A DNA stretch of 64,000 nt from an uncultured Methanomicrobiaceae archaeon (GCA_963826525.1 CAWGXH010000004.1:96001-160000), one strand, 5' to 3'. Numbered from the stretch's first letter, positions 46,379 through 57,109 are shown. The notes: generated by a model not told the origin, from the letters alone. Translations and numbers: made by a program.

Positions 46379-46888
46379 ATGGTGCAGTCGAACAGCGGTA
46401 TGGCGCTTGTGGGCATCGTCATCCTCTTTAGCCTGGTGCTTGCACTGGTCGTCATCGGCGGGGCGGTCTTCGAGACGCCGAAACCCGGCAGCTCCGATAC
46501 GACCGGGATCGAGCAGTTTTCCGGCGGAAACGGTACCGTGCCGGCTGAGATCAGCCACCAGGTCCAGGAGTCCTTCTCCCTCTTCGTATCACCGCAGACG
46601 GCAACCACGAGCCCCGGCGGAACCGTTCGCTATATGATACGCATCCAGCCGATGGGCGGGTTTGACGAGCCAGTCCACCTCACGGTATCAGCGACTGCGC
46701 TCGGCGGCGCCGTCAGCCGTGCATCCGATCTCGGAACGGTCGAACCGCCGTACCGGACGACCACCTACGACTTTCCGATTCCAGACCTCCCCCCGCTCGT
46801 CTCAGAGGCCACCGTCGATGCACGGGTAACCGCAACCGGCGGCGGTATGACCAGAACCGAGCAGGTGCAGCTCGTCATCAGGTCGTGA
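46379..46888 (+). CDS. Membrane-anchored Ig-like hypothetical protein
   Basis: AGGAG RBS, N-terminal TM, FSLFVSP...GFDEPVHL beta-sandwich pattern. Confidence 0.7.
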   Translation: MVQSNSGMALVGIVILFSLVLALVVIGGAVFETPKPGSSDTTGIEQFSGGNGTVPAEISHQVQESFSLFVSPQTATTSPGGTVRYMIRIQPMGGFDEPVHLTVSATALGGAVSRASDLGTVEPPYRTTTYDFPIPDLPPLVSEATVDARVTATGGGMTRTEQVQLVIRS

Positions 46889-47225
46889 ACGTGCAAACCC
46901 GGTGACGGCGGCACCACAGAAGAACGGTAAATGCAGTTGACCCACCTCGTCTTCACCCCGTACCAGCCCGGCGCACGTTCCGGATACTTTCACCATCTCA
47001 CCATCGGCGAGAGGATAGACGCTTCATGTAAGTTCGGCTCCGGGAGCAGATGCTTCCCACGGAGCATCTCCGGTACGTCGGTAATGCTCATAAGATTCTC
47101 TCAGAAATCGCGGATAAAACGGAGATCTCTCAGGCAGCCGACCAGCGATCACTGCATCCATACACCCCTACTGCCAGGACAGGAGGTATAGAGATGCCCG
47201 CCAACCACAGAGGCAATCAATAGAA

Positions 47226-47247
47226 CCCCTTTGTTTCCACTGGAAAC
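47226..47247 (-). promoter_or_regulatory. ORB (origin recognition box)-like element
   Basis: Minus strand reads GTTTCCAGTGGAAACAAAGGGG, matching the archaeal ORB consensus with G-string. Confidence 0.6.
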
Positions 47248-47325
47248 CATAGAGAACCCCAGAGCAGAGTCTCGGACAGGTGCCGAAGCCGGGCACCTAT
47301 TGTCCGTGCCCGTACCCCGACGCCA

Positions 47326-47742
47326 TCACGGCATTTCACCCTCGTGCACCGTAAACCACACAGGGTCACGGCAGTCCGGACGACCGCCGTAGTTAATGGT
47401 GATCTCCTCACCCTGCCGGATAGGGCGGCAGGCAATAATCCGGATGACGCCTTCCGTGTATACGAGGATGTGGTCGGCATTCGCCGTGTAGGAGTGATTA
47501 TATAAAGAGCCGTAGCCGAGTGCAATGGCAATCGCCTCTTCGTGCTCGCCCCAGGCAAAATAGTAGTCATAGAGCCCGGTCTTATCGATCTGCTCCTGTG
47601 CGGTTGCTCCGTCCAGCACGAGCACCGGACAGACTTCGATCACGTCACCGGGCCTGATATCCCGACCGGCAAAGACGCCCCGACCCCGCGAGTTCGTTTC
47701 AGCGATGTAGACGGCATCGGATGGAGAGATACTGCTGCTCAT
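47326..47742 (-). CDS. SET-domain protein-lysine methyltransferase
   Basis: GRGVFA, GSLYNHSYTAN, GEEITINYG. Confidence 0.9.
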   Translation of the reverse strand: MSSSISPSDAVYIAETNSRGRGVFAGRDIRPGDVIEVCPVLVLDGATAQEQIDKTGLYDYYFAWGEHEEAIAIALGYGSLYNHSYTANADHILVYTEGVIRIIACRPIRQGEEITINYGGRPDCRDPVWFTVHEGEMP

Positions 47743-47855
47743 GGTATTGAGAACCCGCATATCCCTCTGCAAAAGGAGATGCAGCATGGGAGTTCTGCAC
47801 CGGAGGTTATCAAGGTTTTCAGGACTGGCGCCCCCGGAGCATGGAGAAAAGAGTT

Positions 47856-48371
47856 TCAGTGCGGTTCCGGGATGAAGACCGGAACCCAGTACCCGGAACC
47901 GTCGGGGCTTGGCCGCGGAGCGAGGTATGCACTCAGGGTGCCCTCGACCTGGAGACAGGGTGTGGCGGACGCGGGGTCGGTCTCCCAGATCATATGCACC
48001 ACGCCCATTGTCGTTCCATTATTCTCTTTCAGCGGAGCGGCAACCGAGCAGAAGGTTTTGCCCCCGGAGACCATCCGGCCGGCACGCACCGCATCATGCT
48101 CGAGCGCCTCCCTGCAGAGCGTGCAGGTCTCCTCGATCATCGATGCAGGATACACCTCCGAGCATTGCTGCCCGGATGCCGATTCTCTCCCAACCTGCAG
48201 CAGCTCGGCACCTGCCTGGTTCAGGTAGGTGAGTCGAAGGTCCCTATCCATGGCAGTGATCGGAACAGGGAAGCATTCAAGTGCGCGCAGAACATGCCTG
48301 CCAAGCTGCTGCTGCAGCAATTCCTCTCCAATCGACTGTGATACGACAAAACTCCCGATGACCATCATCAT
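47856..48371 (-). CDS. Stand-alone PAS-domain protein
   Basis: GGAGGTGA RBS; ITAMDRDLRLTYLNQAG...GQQC PAS pattern. Confidence 0.7.
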   Translation of the reverse strand: MMMVIGSFVVSQSIGEELLQQQLGRHVLRALECFPVPITAMDRDLRLTYLNQAGAELLQVGRESASGQQCSEVYPASMIEETCTLCREALEHDAVRAGRMVSGGKTFCSVAAPLKENNGTTMGVVHMIWETDPASATPCLQVEGTLSAYLAPRPSPDGSGYWVPVFIPEPH

Positions 48372-49679
48372 GCAACATCACCTCCCAACGGATAACGGAA
48401 GCTGGGCATCCGTGATATAATAACACTGTGGTCGAAAGTGCATCCTGGAAATCACCATTATTGCCGCCGATTTGGCATTAAACTACATATAACGGGGATA
48501 AAAGAGCCAAGGGCAGTCTGTGAGGCAGCAGACGAAAACCGGCTCGCCCCGGCTTACCGCGGACCCCCGCAAATACCCTTCGTGGATAAAAGAGAACGCT
48601 CACGGCGATTTTGTGCAGATCTTCAGGGAGAAGAGGGTGAACTATCCCCGATATTGCATACGGAAGGATATTCCATTACCAGAGGGCATGCCAGACATCA
48701 TATATCTCTTTAGGACAATAGCGCGTCGGGGAGTATCAGACCGGCAGGAGCGGCGAAGAACCGGCGATCCGGGCGACCCGGTACACTCAGGGCCGCAAAC
48801 GACCATGTAGATCTCAGGAAAAACCAGGAAAGGGTGCGGCTTTCTGCCGCACCACGCTCCCGTGCCCTCCAGCGCTTCGGCAGAGAAAACGGCCGAGTGC
48901 TGCCCGCGACTCCCCGGACGGAAGATGTGCTTCCATGCTTGACCGTCACGGTCACGCTGCCTCGATTATCCGGCGGATACTGCGCATCCGTGACACGGGC
49001 GGTATTCATGAGGTCCTCGCCGGACGTCTCCGTAACCTCGGTGCGGCAGATGGAGTTTCATCCCCCACCCGGATCAGCTCGACCGAGGTCGCCCCGACCG
49101 GCGGTGCAAGAGCCACCGCCAACCCAATCAGCGTATGACCGTCAGTCCAGGTAGGATTTCTCCCATCAAATGCCTCATGATGTCGTCAAACAGTCGTTGC
49201 AACCCCCATCCAGCAGGAAAGGAGCACCGTGAGGTGAACATGGGATCCGTCGGTGAAAAATGGGGTGACTGAATGTCCCTGCCGGCCTTGAAACCGGCGA
49301 ATAGTGGAGAGTGTTCACGAGAACCTACTGTCGATGCTGATCACAATGCAGAACTCATGCAGATCCCGCAGTGAGCCCGGCGGAGCCATGTACCATGGCC
49401 TCGCTCGTACACTTCCCCCCGGAATGTAGTTACCCTGTAACAGGCACTGCCCACGTAACGCTTTTTTATATATAAACATATCGCACCAGTGAAGGGCAGC
49501 CGGCGTACCATGGGGCGATTCCCGCAATCAACCAGAGCCAACTATAAAAATGAGCATATATAAACCGACTGGTATGCTTCAGCAGATCCCGGTGCCGGCC
49601 GTTCCCGGAGAGGAAGAGGCGGAGCACATAGTACCGTTCACCCCTCTGGCTGATCGAAAGAATGTTCAGGGAGGAGAGC

Positions 49680-50615
49680 ATGTATCTCCCGATCACGAGG
49701 GATAACCATCAGAGAGATCATTTCGGCACGGAACCTCGAGAAGCGATTCGGCGACCTGATCGCCGTCGACGGAATCGACTTCGACGTTCGGGAAGGCGAG
49801 ATATTCGGATTTCTGGGCCTAACGGTGCGGGAAAGACCACGACGATGAAGATGATCCAGTGCATCTCTCCAAAGACCGCAGGGAGCCTCCATGTCTTCGG
49901 CATGGACGTGGAGAGACAACCACGGGAGATCAAGAGGATACTCGGCGTCGTGCCGCAGGAGAACAACCTCGACCCCGACTTTACCGCCTATCAGAATCTG
50001 CTGATTTATGCACGCTACTTCGGTATCCCAAAGAAAACGGCCGAAGAGCGGGCAGATGAACTCCTCGACTTTATGCAGCTTGGCGAGAAGCGCGACGTCC
50101 TGATCGACAGACTCTCGGGAGGGATGAAACGCCGTCTGATCATCGCCCGGGCGCTGGTCAACGATCCGAAACTGCTCATCCTTGATGAGCCGACGATCGG
50201 GCTCGACCCGCAGGCACGCCACCTCATCTGGGAAAAGCTCAAGCAGCTCCAGGCAGAGGGGAATACCCAGGTGATGACCACGCACTACCTGGATGAGGCG
50301 GCGAGACTCTGCGATCGCCTCGTCATCATGGACCATGGGAAGATCCTGGTGGAAGGGAGCCCGACGGAGCTCGTCAGGGAGCATGCAGGCACCGATATCG
50401 TCGAGGCGGAGCGGACTCCCGAGGTCCTTTCGTGTCTGGAGGCGGTCGGTGTTGCATTCGACGCGACCGGCGATGTCGTCCAGGTGCTGACGGACCGGCC
50501 GCACGAGGTCGTCAGGGCGCTCATGGAGTCGTGCAGCCATGAAAAAGTTACGGCACGCCCGGCAACCCTTGAGGACGTCTTCCTGAAACTGACCGGGCGA
50601 ACACTCAGGGAGTAG
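49680..50615 (+). CDS. ABC exporter ATP-binding subunit (NodI/DrrA-like), frameshifted near N-terminus
   Basis: GPNGAGKTT, LSGGMKRR, ILDEPTIGLDP, TTHYLDEA. Confidence 0.92.
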   Translation: MYLPITRDNHQRDHFGTEPREAIRRPDRRRRNRLRRSGRRDIRISGPNGAGKTTTMKMIQCISPKTAGSLHVFGMDVERQPREIKRILGVVPQENNLDPDFTAYQNLLIYARYFGIPKKTAEERADELLDFMQLGEKRDVLIDRLSGGMKRRLIIARALVNDPKLLILDEPTIGLDPQARHLIWEKLKQLQAEGNTQVMTTHYLDEAARLCDRLVIMDHGKILVEGSPTELVREHAGTDIVEAERTPEVLSCLEAVGVAFDATGDVVQVLTDRPHEVVRALMESCSHEKVTARPATLEDVFLKLTGRTLRE

Positions 50616-50621
50616 AGGGGT

Positions 50622-51404
50622 ATGGCATACTTCGGCCTTTCGCAGATAACGCGGGGAGCGTTCTCCGTATGGCGGAGAAACTGGGATGCGTTCATCAAGA
50701 CCTACCGGGTCAATTTCATCCCGCCGTTCGTCGAGCCCCTCCTCTACCTCCTCGCCCTCGGCTACGGCCTTGGAGCCTTCGTCGAGGCCATAGACGGCAT
50801 CCCGTATCCGCAGTTCATCGCACCGGCGCTGGTCTCCATCTCGGTGATGTACTCGGCCTTCTTCGAGTGCACCTACTCCTCCTTCGTCCGGATGTACTAC
50901 CAGAAGACCTTCGATGCAATCATCGCAACGCCAATCTCCATCGAGGACGTTATCACCGGCGAGATTCTCTGGGGTGCGACGAGGGGCACGATCTACGCAA
51001 CCCTGATGCTCCCGGTACTCATCGCTTTCGGGGTCGTCGATCTCCCCACATCGCTCCTGCTCATCCCCTTCGCGCTGCCCGCCGGGCTGCTCTTCGCGAG
51101 CATCGGGATGTGCTTCACCGCGATCACGCCGGGAATCGATGCGCTGAACTATCCGTCCTTCCTCTTCATCACCCCGATGTTCCTCTTCTCGGGAACATTC
51201 TTCCCGCTCAACATCCTGCCCGAAGCGCTCCAGTACTTCGCGTTCGGATTCCTGCCGCTCGCCAATGTGGTGAGCGTCAACAGGGCGATCACGCTCGCGG
51301 AGTTCTCCCCGCTCATCCTCTACAACCTGGTCTGGATCGCCGCGGTGACGGTACTCTTCTTCCTTATCGCCCTCCGCCTGATGCGAAGACGGCTGGTCAT
51401 ATGA
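50622..51404 (+). CDS. ABC-2 type permease (NodJ-like)
   Basis: EPLLYLLALGYG, FIAPAL, PMFLFSGTFFP. Confidence 0.92.
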   Translation: MAYFGLSQITRGAFSVWRRNWDAFIKTYRVNFIPPFVEPLLYLLALGYGLGAFVEAIDGIPYPQFIAPALVSISVMYSAFFECTYSSFVRMYYQKTFDAIIATPISIEDVITGEILWGATRGTIYATLMLPVLIAFGVVDLPTSLLLIPFALPAGLLFASIGMCFTAITPGIDALNYPSFLFITPMFLFSGTFFPLNILPEALQYFAFGFLPLANVVSVNRAITLAEFSPLILYNLVWIAAVTVLFFLIALRLMRRRLVI

Positions 51405-51469
51405 AGAGTATGGCGGCGGCGATAGCGATCGCTGCGGAGCCGATTAAAAAAGTAAACAGTGTACCGGAC

Positions 51470-51682
51470 TCAGTCACTCCGTTCTGCCGCGACGTAGGCG
51501 TCGTACATGCTGTAGAGCCAGACGAGGATGTAGAACGGGATACCGATGAGAATGGTCGACAGACCGCCGAAGATGACCGCAAGGGCAAAGAGCAGGATGG
51601 CTTTTAAGAGTTGTCCCGTGTAGAACTGACCGAGACCCGGGATAAAGAATGAGAGTATCACGGCGATGAGTGGTGATGCCAT
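51470..51682 (-). CDS. Small TM2-like membrane protein
   Basis: ILSFFIPGLGQFYTGQ...WLYSMYDAY. Confidence 0.8.
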   Translation of the reverse strand: MASPLIAVILSFFIPGLGQFYTGQLLKAILLFALAVIFGGLSTILIGIPFYILVWLYSMYDAYVAAERSD

Positions 51683-51937
51683 AGATAGACGTGTACTCTG
51701 CACCGGTATGAACGCTTCTCTCCGGTGCCACGAGCCGGATGCCGTGGCGACCTTCCGGAAAAGGCAGCCCGCACACCCGTTCGACGTTGCGCATCGGTAT
51801 CGGAGATCCGCAGAGTCCCAAAGGTCGGGCTTTTGTTCAGGAACTTTCGAAGAAGCGTTTACCCGTACGATGACGACACTCCGGTGCGGGGAGCGATGAA
51901 CATCACCTTCCGCATACGGAAGGAAAACAACGATAGG

Positions 51938-51948
51938 ATAAAAAAAAT
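51938..51948 (-). terminator. Oligo-T terminator of the CxxC-x17-CxxC array
   Basis: T8 run on the minus strand immediately after the stop of the last copy. Confidence 0.55.
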
Positions 51949-52125
51949 TTAGAATCTGGGTTTTCTGTGCTTGGGGAGGCAGTCACGGCAGTAGACGGGA
52001 CGGCCCTCGGTGGGCTTGAAGGGAACTTCGCACTCGACGCCGCAGTCGGCGCAGGTTGTCTTGTGGAACTCACGGGGACGGTCGTCGTAGGAACGGGGAC
52101 CGCGGCTGGGATATCTGTTATCCAT
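51949..52125 (-). CDS. CxxC-x17-CxxC domain protein, copy 1 (58 aa)
   Basis: MDNRYPSRGPRSYDDRPREFHKTTCADCGVECEVPFKPTEGRPVYCRDCLPKHRKPRF; GAGTGA RBS; below the ORF-track cutoff. Confidence 0.9.
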   Translation of the reverse strand: MDNRYPSRGPRSYDDRPREFHKTTCADCGVECEVPFKPTEGRPVYCRDCLPKHRKPRF

Positions 52126-52166
52126 TTTAAATCACTCTCGTATAGATTGAGTATTCAGGGGAGGTA

Positions 52167-52343
52167 TTAGAACCTCGGCTTTCTGTGCTTGGGGAGACAG
52201 TCACGGCAGTAGACGGGACGGCCCTCGGTGGGCTTGAAGGGAACTTCGCACTCGACGCCGCAGTCGGCGCAGGTTGTCTTGTGGAACTCACGGGGACGGT
52301 CGTCGTAGGAACGGGGACCGCGGCTGGGATATCTGTTATCCAT
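52167..52343 (-). CDS. CxxC-x17-CxxC domain protein, copy 2
   Basis: Same 58-aa protein, offset 218. Confidence 0.9.
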   Translation of the reverse strand: MDNRYPSRGPRSYDDRPREFHKTTCADCGVECEVPFKPTEGRPVYCRDCLPKHRKPRF

Positions 52344-52384
52344 TTTAAATCACTCTCGTATAGATTGAGTATTCAGGGGAGGTA

Positions 52385-52561
52385 TTAGAACCTCGGCTTT
52401 CTGTGCTTGGGGAGACAGTCACGGCAGTAGACGGGACGGCCCTCGGTGGGCTTGAAGGGAACTTCGCACTCGACGCCGCAGTCGGCGCAGGTTGTCTTGT
52501 GGAACTCACGGGGACGGTCGTCGTAGGAACGGGGACCGCGGCTGGGATATCTGTTATCCAT
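52385..52561 (-). CDS. CxxC-x17-CxxC domain protein, copy 3
   Basis: Identical to copy 2. Confidence 0.9.
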   Translation of the reverse strand: MDNRYPSRGPRSYDDRPREFHKTTCADCGVECEVPFKPTEGRPVYCRDCLPKHRKPRF

Positions 52562-52602
52562 TTTAAATCACTCTCGTATAGATTGAGTATTCAGGGGAGG
52601 TA

Positions 52603-52779
52603 TTAGAACCTCGGCTTTCTGTGCTTGGGGAGACAGTCACGGCAGTAGACGGGACGGCCCTCGGTGGGCTTGAAGGGAACTTCGCACTCGACTCCGCAGT
52701 CGGAACAGGTTGTTTTGTGGAACTCGCGGGGACGGTCGTCGTAGGAACGAGGACCGCGGCTAGGATATCTGTTATCCAT
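52603..52779 (-). CDS. CxxC-x17-CxxC domain protein, copy 4
   Basis: 58 aa, CSDC variant, several synonymous changes. Confidence 0.9.
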   Translation of the reverse strand: MDNRYPSRGPRSYDDRPREFHKTTCSDCGVECEVPFKPTEGRPVYCRDCLPKHRKPRF

Positions 52780-52820
52780 TTTAAATCACTCACTTAGGAT
52801 GGTTTTACTCAAAAGAGGAC

Positions 52821-52997
52821 TTAGAACCTCGGCTTTCTGTACTTGGGGAGGCAATCCCGGCAGTAAACTGGACGGCCCTCGGTGGGCTTGAAGGGAACTT
52901 CGCACTCGGCGCCGCAGTCGGAACAGACTGTTTTATGGAACTCGCGGGGACGGTCGTCGTAGGAACGGGGACCCCGGCTCTGATATCTCTCATTCAT
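52821..52997 (-). CDS. CxxC-x17-CxxC domain protein, copy 5 (promoter-proximal)
   Basis: MNERYQSRGPRSYDDRPREFHKTVCSDCGAECEVPFKPTEGRPVYCRDCLPKYRKPRF. Confidence 0.9.
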   Translation of the reverse strand: MNERYQSRGPRSYDDRPREFHKTVCSDCGAECEVPFKPTEGRPVYCRDCLPKYRKPRF

Positions 52998-53648
52998 GGA
53001 TTCTACCATGCAGATAATCTGCACACATAGAGGTACGCACAAGGTTAAATAGGTATGCTCACGAGGGACCTCTCCCGGACGTGACCGGCGTGCTCTCTGT
53101 CCGGAGCCTCCATGTTCCGTCCGACTCATCGAGCAGATCCGAAACATATCGGGGGAGAGAGGATCTCCGCGGATTGAAGCACCTCTCTACGGGGTGCCGC
53201 CGATCAGCTCCGCAATGAAAACCGGCTCGGGAGCAGAGGTGCTGCCCTGCTAATCGCGTGAGGGATGGATCTTTCCCTCCCGGCAGAGGGCTTTCCGGAG
53301 GACCCCATCACTCCGATCCCGTGATGGAGCATCACAGCTCCGGGGAGAGTATCCGAATCACGCTGGCGGGCAGGGATTTTTTACCGGGATTGTTTGTCGG
53401 CATCCGGATCACCATCACGGACGGTATGCTGCTTCGAGGGGATATGCGACAGGCGAGGCATGGGAGTGTAACAGAGCGAGATTTGCCGACTTTGCGCGAT
53501 GCAGCACTCCCGGAAGACAGAATGCTTTATATTCATACTCTCTGACTCATTGATCTGCAACGCATGGCAGCTTCAAGAGCGATCTCTTCTTGTATCCGGC
53601 ATCCAGCCGAGATCTCCCCGAATTACTGAGTGAACCGAGGGGCGACGA

Positions 53649-55635
53649 ATGATCAGAGAAATACCAACAGACGAACCGCCTGATAGCAGCCGGCGCGGGC
53701 GGCAGAAAAGCCGCTCGATAGGACCGGTTCACAATCTCGAAGAGCATGTCAAACCTGACTGGTGGCGTGGGATCTTCAATCACCTGTATCTGAAGACCGA
53801 CGGCGATGTCGTCGGAGATCACCGGATTACGGAACGGGAGATAGACCGTATCACCGGGATCCTTGCCCTTTCACCGGAGAGCGAAGTCCTCGACCTCTGC
53901 TGCGGCCAGGGCCGGCATACCCTGGAGTTAGTGCACCGGGGCTACGCTGCTGAGGGACTCGACCGTTCCCACTACCTGATCCAGAAAGCCCGGGCGACAG
54001 CAAAGCGTGGCGGGTTAAAAGTCAGGTTCAAAGAGGGTGATGCTCGGGACTCCCTTACAAGCCGGATACATTCGAGACTGTCCTGATCTTAGGGAACAGC
54101 TTCGGATACTTCGACTCGGTCGAAGAGGATATCCGGGTTCTTCGGGAAGTGCAGCGTGTGCTCAAACCGTGGGGCAGGATACTCCTCGATGTTACCGACG
54201 GAGAATACCTAAAAGAGCGCTTCCAGCCACGCTCCTGGGAGTGGATCGATGAGCAGATGTTCGTCTGCCGCGAGCGTTCGCTCTCGGTCGACGAGCAGCG
54301 GCTGGTTTCGCGTGAAGTCATCACGCACGTCGAGAAAGGGGTCATCGCGGATCAGTTCTATGCAGAACGGCTCTACACCAGAGATGCCCTCCGGGAACTT
54401 CTCGACCTTGCCGGTTTCTCCGATATCGCCTTTCACGAGATGCGGACCGAATCGGTACGGAACCAGGACCTCGGCATGATGGAGCGGCGCCACATTGTGA
54501 CCGCCGTCATCAGGAAAGACTGGACAAAAGTAAAGGCAAAGCGGACGAAGGCGGTCAGAAACGTTACAGTGGTACTCGGCGATGTCTCTCGGCCGGACAG
54601 GATAAAGCCGTCCTGCATCTTTGACGAGGACGATTTTCATACTATCGACCAGATGAAAGCCGCCCTCGCAGAGTTGAAAGACTACCGGTTCACCTTCATC
54701 CAGAAGCATGACACGCTGATCCGGGATCTCTCAAAAGTGAAGGATACGGCTGACTACGTCTTCAACCTCTGCGATGAGGGATTCAACAACGAACCGAGGA
54801 AAGAATTGCACGTGCCTGCGCTCCTCGATATCCTCGGCATTCCCTATACCGGCGCTGGGGCACAGTCGCTCGCTTTCTGCTACGACAAGTCCCTCGTCCG
54901 CGGTGTTGCGCGAGAGACCGGCATTCCCGTACCCGACGCATCTTTCATCGCGCCGGATGATCGGGTCTACGAGATCGGCGTTCCATTCCCGGTCATCGTC
55001 AAACCAAATACAGGCGATTCGAGCTTCGGGATCACCCAAAAGAGCATCGCCCACTCCGTCGAGGAACTCTCTACGGTGATTTCGACGATGCGGGCGACGC
55101 TCGGGTACGGCACGTCGTTCCTCGTCGAAGAGTTCCTGACCGGCAAGGATATCAGCGTCGGGATCATCGGGAACCCTGCCGGGAGGTATACCGTGCTTCC
55201 CATCATCGAGGAAGACTACTCGGCACTCCCCCCGGGGCTGCCCAGGATCTGCGGATACGAGGCCAAATGGCTCCCGGAATCTCCGGTACTGGAAGATCAC
55301 GTCAAAGCCTGCCGAGCTCGATCCGGATACGGAGAAGACGGTTGTGCGATGCTGCCTCGGTACTCTTCGAGCGACTTGAGTGCAGAGACTACTGCCGGTT
55401 CGACTGGCGGCTCGACGCTGGCGGCAAGCCGAAGCTCCTCGAAGTGAACCCGAACCCGGGGTGGTGCTGGGACGGGCACCTTGCCAGGATGGCCGGCCTT
55501 GCAGGGATCTCGTACGCCGGCATGCTTGAACGAATCCTGCGGGCGGCGGAGGTGCGGATAGGCCTTGATACCGATCTCCGCACGCCTCCGGCAGAGCACG
55601 AGGCGGGAACCATAACTCCCACCGAAACGGCATGA
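53649..55635 (+). CDS. Class I SAM methyltransferase / D-Ala-D-Ala-ligase-like ATP-grasp fusion (frameshifted)
   Basis: VLDLCCGQGRH, GNSFGYF; VFNLCDEG, IPYTG, PVIVKP..GDSSFGI, RFDWR, LEVNPNP. Confidence 0.85.
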
Positions 55636-55887
55636 TGCCGACATCTGGACACTCACTTATTCTTTTTGCACCCGGGGCCGGGACGTCCGGGGTGCCTGCG
55701 GGTAAGAATTTCCGGGCAGTACGTCGAGACTACGGCACACACTCCACACCCATCAAGGACGCAGGCGACAAGGAAGCACCGCAGCAGGCCCCCACCGGGG
55801 AGTATGAGACCGGTATCGCATCCGGACGCAACCGTTCCGGGCAGGGAATTTATATATGACTCCGGTCACCAATGGTCTTTACAGGTG

Positions 55888-57106
55888 ATGCAGCTGCCGG
55901 AGATGGCAACCGAAGAGACGTATTTCAAAGAGCTTGAGGCCATTCGCAGCAATGTTTTGGAGGATATCGCCCTGGAGGAGCAGAAGCAGAACACACTTCT
56001 TGCGTACAATGAGAAACTCCATTATACCGGCCTGTTCATCCTTGCAGCGCTGCTCGTCAACATAATTTTCCTGATCTTTCTTCCCCGCTACCTGCTCTAC
56101 TGGATCATCTCAAGTTTCATCCTCTACATGGTAAACCCGTTCATCCTGATGATCCCGACCAACCGGACAAAAGCAACGCTCCCCGACCGCAAGACGATCA
56201 CGGAGTTCGCCGGTGTTCTGCGAGATATCGGGGTCGCGAAGGAGTCCCGGGCAGACCAGACAAAGACGATCGGAAAGGTGCTCTGGGACGTATTCTTCAT
56301 CAACAGCCAGCCGCTTGCGATCGGGTTTGGCCTTATTTACGGCCTCGACATCCTCTTCTCACTCCACAGCGGTTTTATTGTAGGATCTCTCGACAGAACC
56401 GCCGCCATGCTGATCACCCTCCAGTCGCTCGCCATAATCATATTTTACGCCGTAATCTGGCACATCAAGCCCTATAACCCCAGGTTCTTCAACTCCCTCG
56501 TCGGTATGGGGCAGGACGTCCGCAAAAAGATCCGGACGGGTTGGCGCCAGGGAATGCGGGTCGTTCTCTTCGTCGGTGCTCTTGCGGCAGTGTCAGGAGT
56601 ACTGGTCATTTCAGCGATGCTCCTTCCCGGGATGACGCTGAACACCTTTCTCGATTCGATAGACTACTCACTTGGGTGGAGCCTCTTACCCATCATCCTG
56701 ATCTTCCTCTCGCAGGTGATCATCGCCCGCTACCTGCAGGGAGCATACAGCAAGGAGCTTCTCCTGCAGGTAGGGGACAATAAGATCCAGATCTTCCGAG
56801 ACGAGATCCTGCATCGCCTCACGAAACTCCCCCGAACGCCGCAGGAGATCGAAAGTCCGGGCAGCCTCGACCCCCTGATGGCGGAGGCTCGAATCGCTCA
56901 GCGTCGCATACCTCCGGATGAAGGTCTACAAAGCGGAGTACCACGACCTCTTCGGACTCTTCCCGGTCTACCTCGTCGTACCCGACCTGCACCTGATCCT
57001 CGACCGCGATGCCGTCACCATCACGAAGGGCTCCCGGATGACCGAACCACAGCAGGGACTCAAGACAGAGCGAACCGACCAGACCTCGTTCCGGTCGAAC
57101 CAGTAG
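55888..57106 (+). CDS. Hypothetical polytopic membrane protein
   Basis: About 6 TM segments; TTTATATA box upstream; C-terminal frameshift. Confidence 0.7.
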
Positions 57107-57109
57107 ACC

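Larger units (their letters stand above)
51980..52692. repeat. Perfect 218-bp tandem repeat (about 3.3 units)
   Basis: Exact 218 periodicity from inside copy 1 to inside copy 4. Confidence 0.92.

Noticed and set aside
48662-48674. GGAA-GGATA-TTCC as an NrpR operator
   Set aside because: The spacer is 5 bp rather than 6, and no nitrogen gene is adjacent
51967-52606. Three plus-strand 67-aa ORFs (MLGE.VTAVDG...) and a possible CRISPR-like array
   Set aside because: They are antisense shadows of the minus-strand CxxC-x17-CxxC genes; the 218-bp units have no unique spacers, so this is not CRISPR
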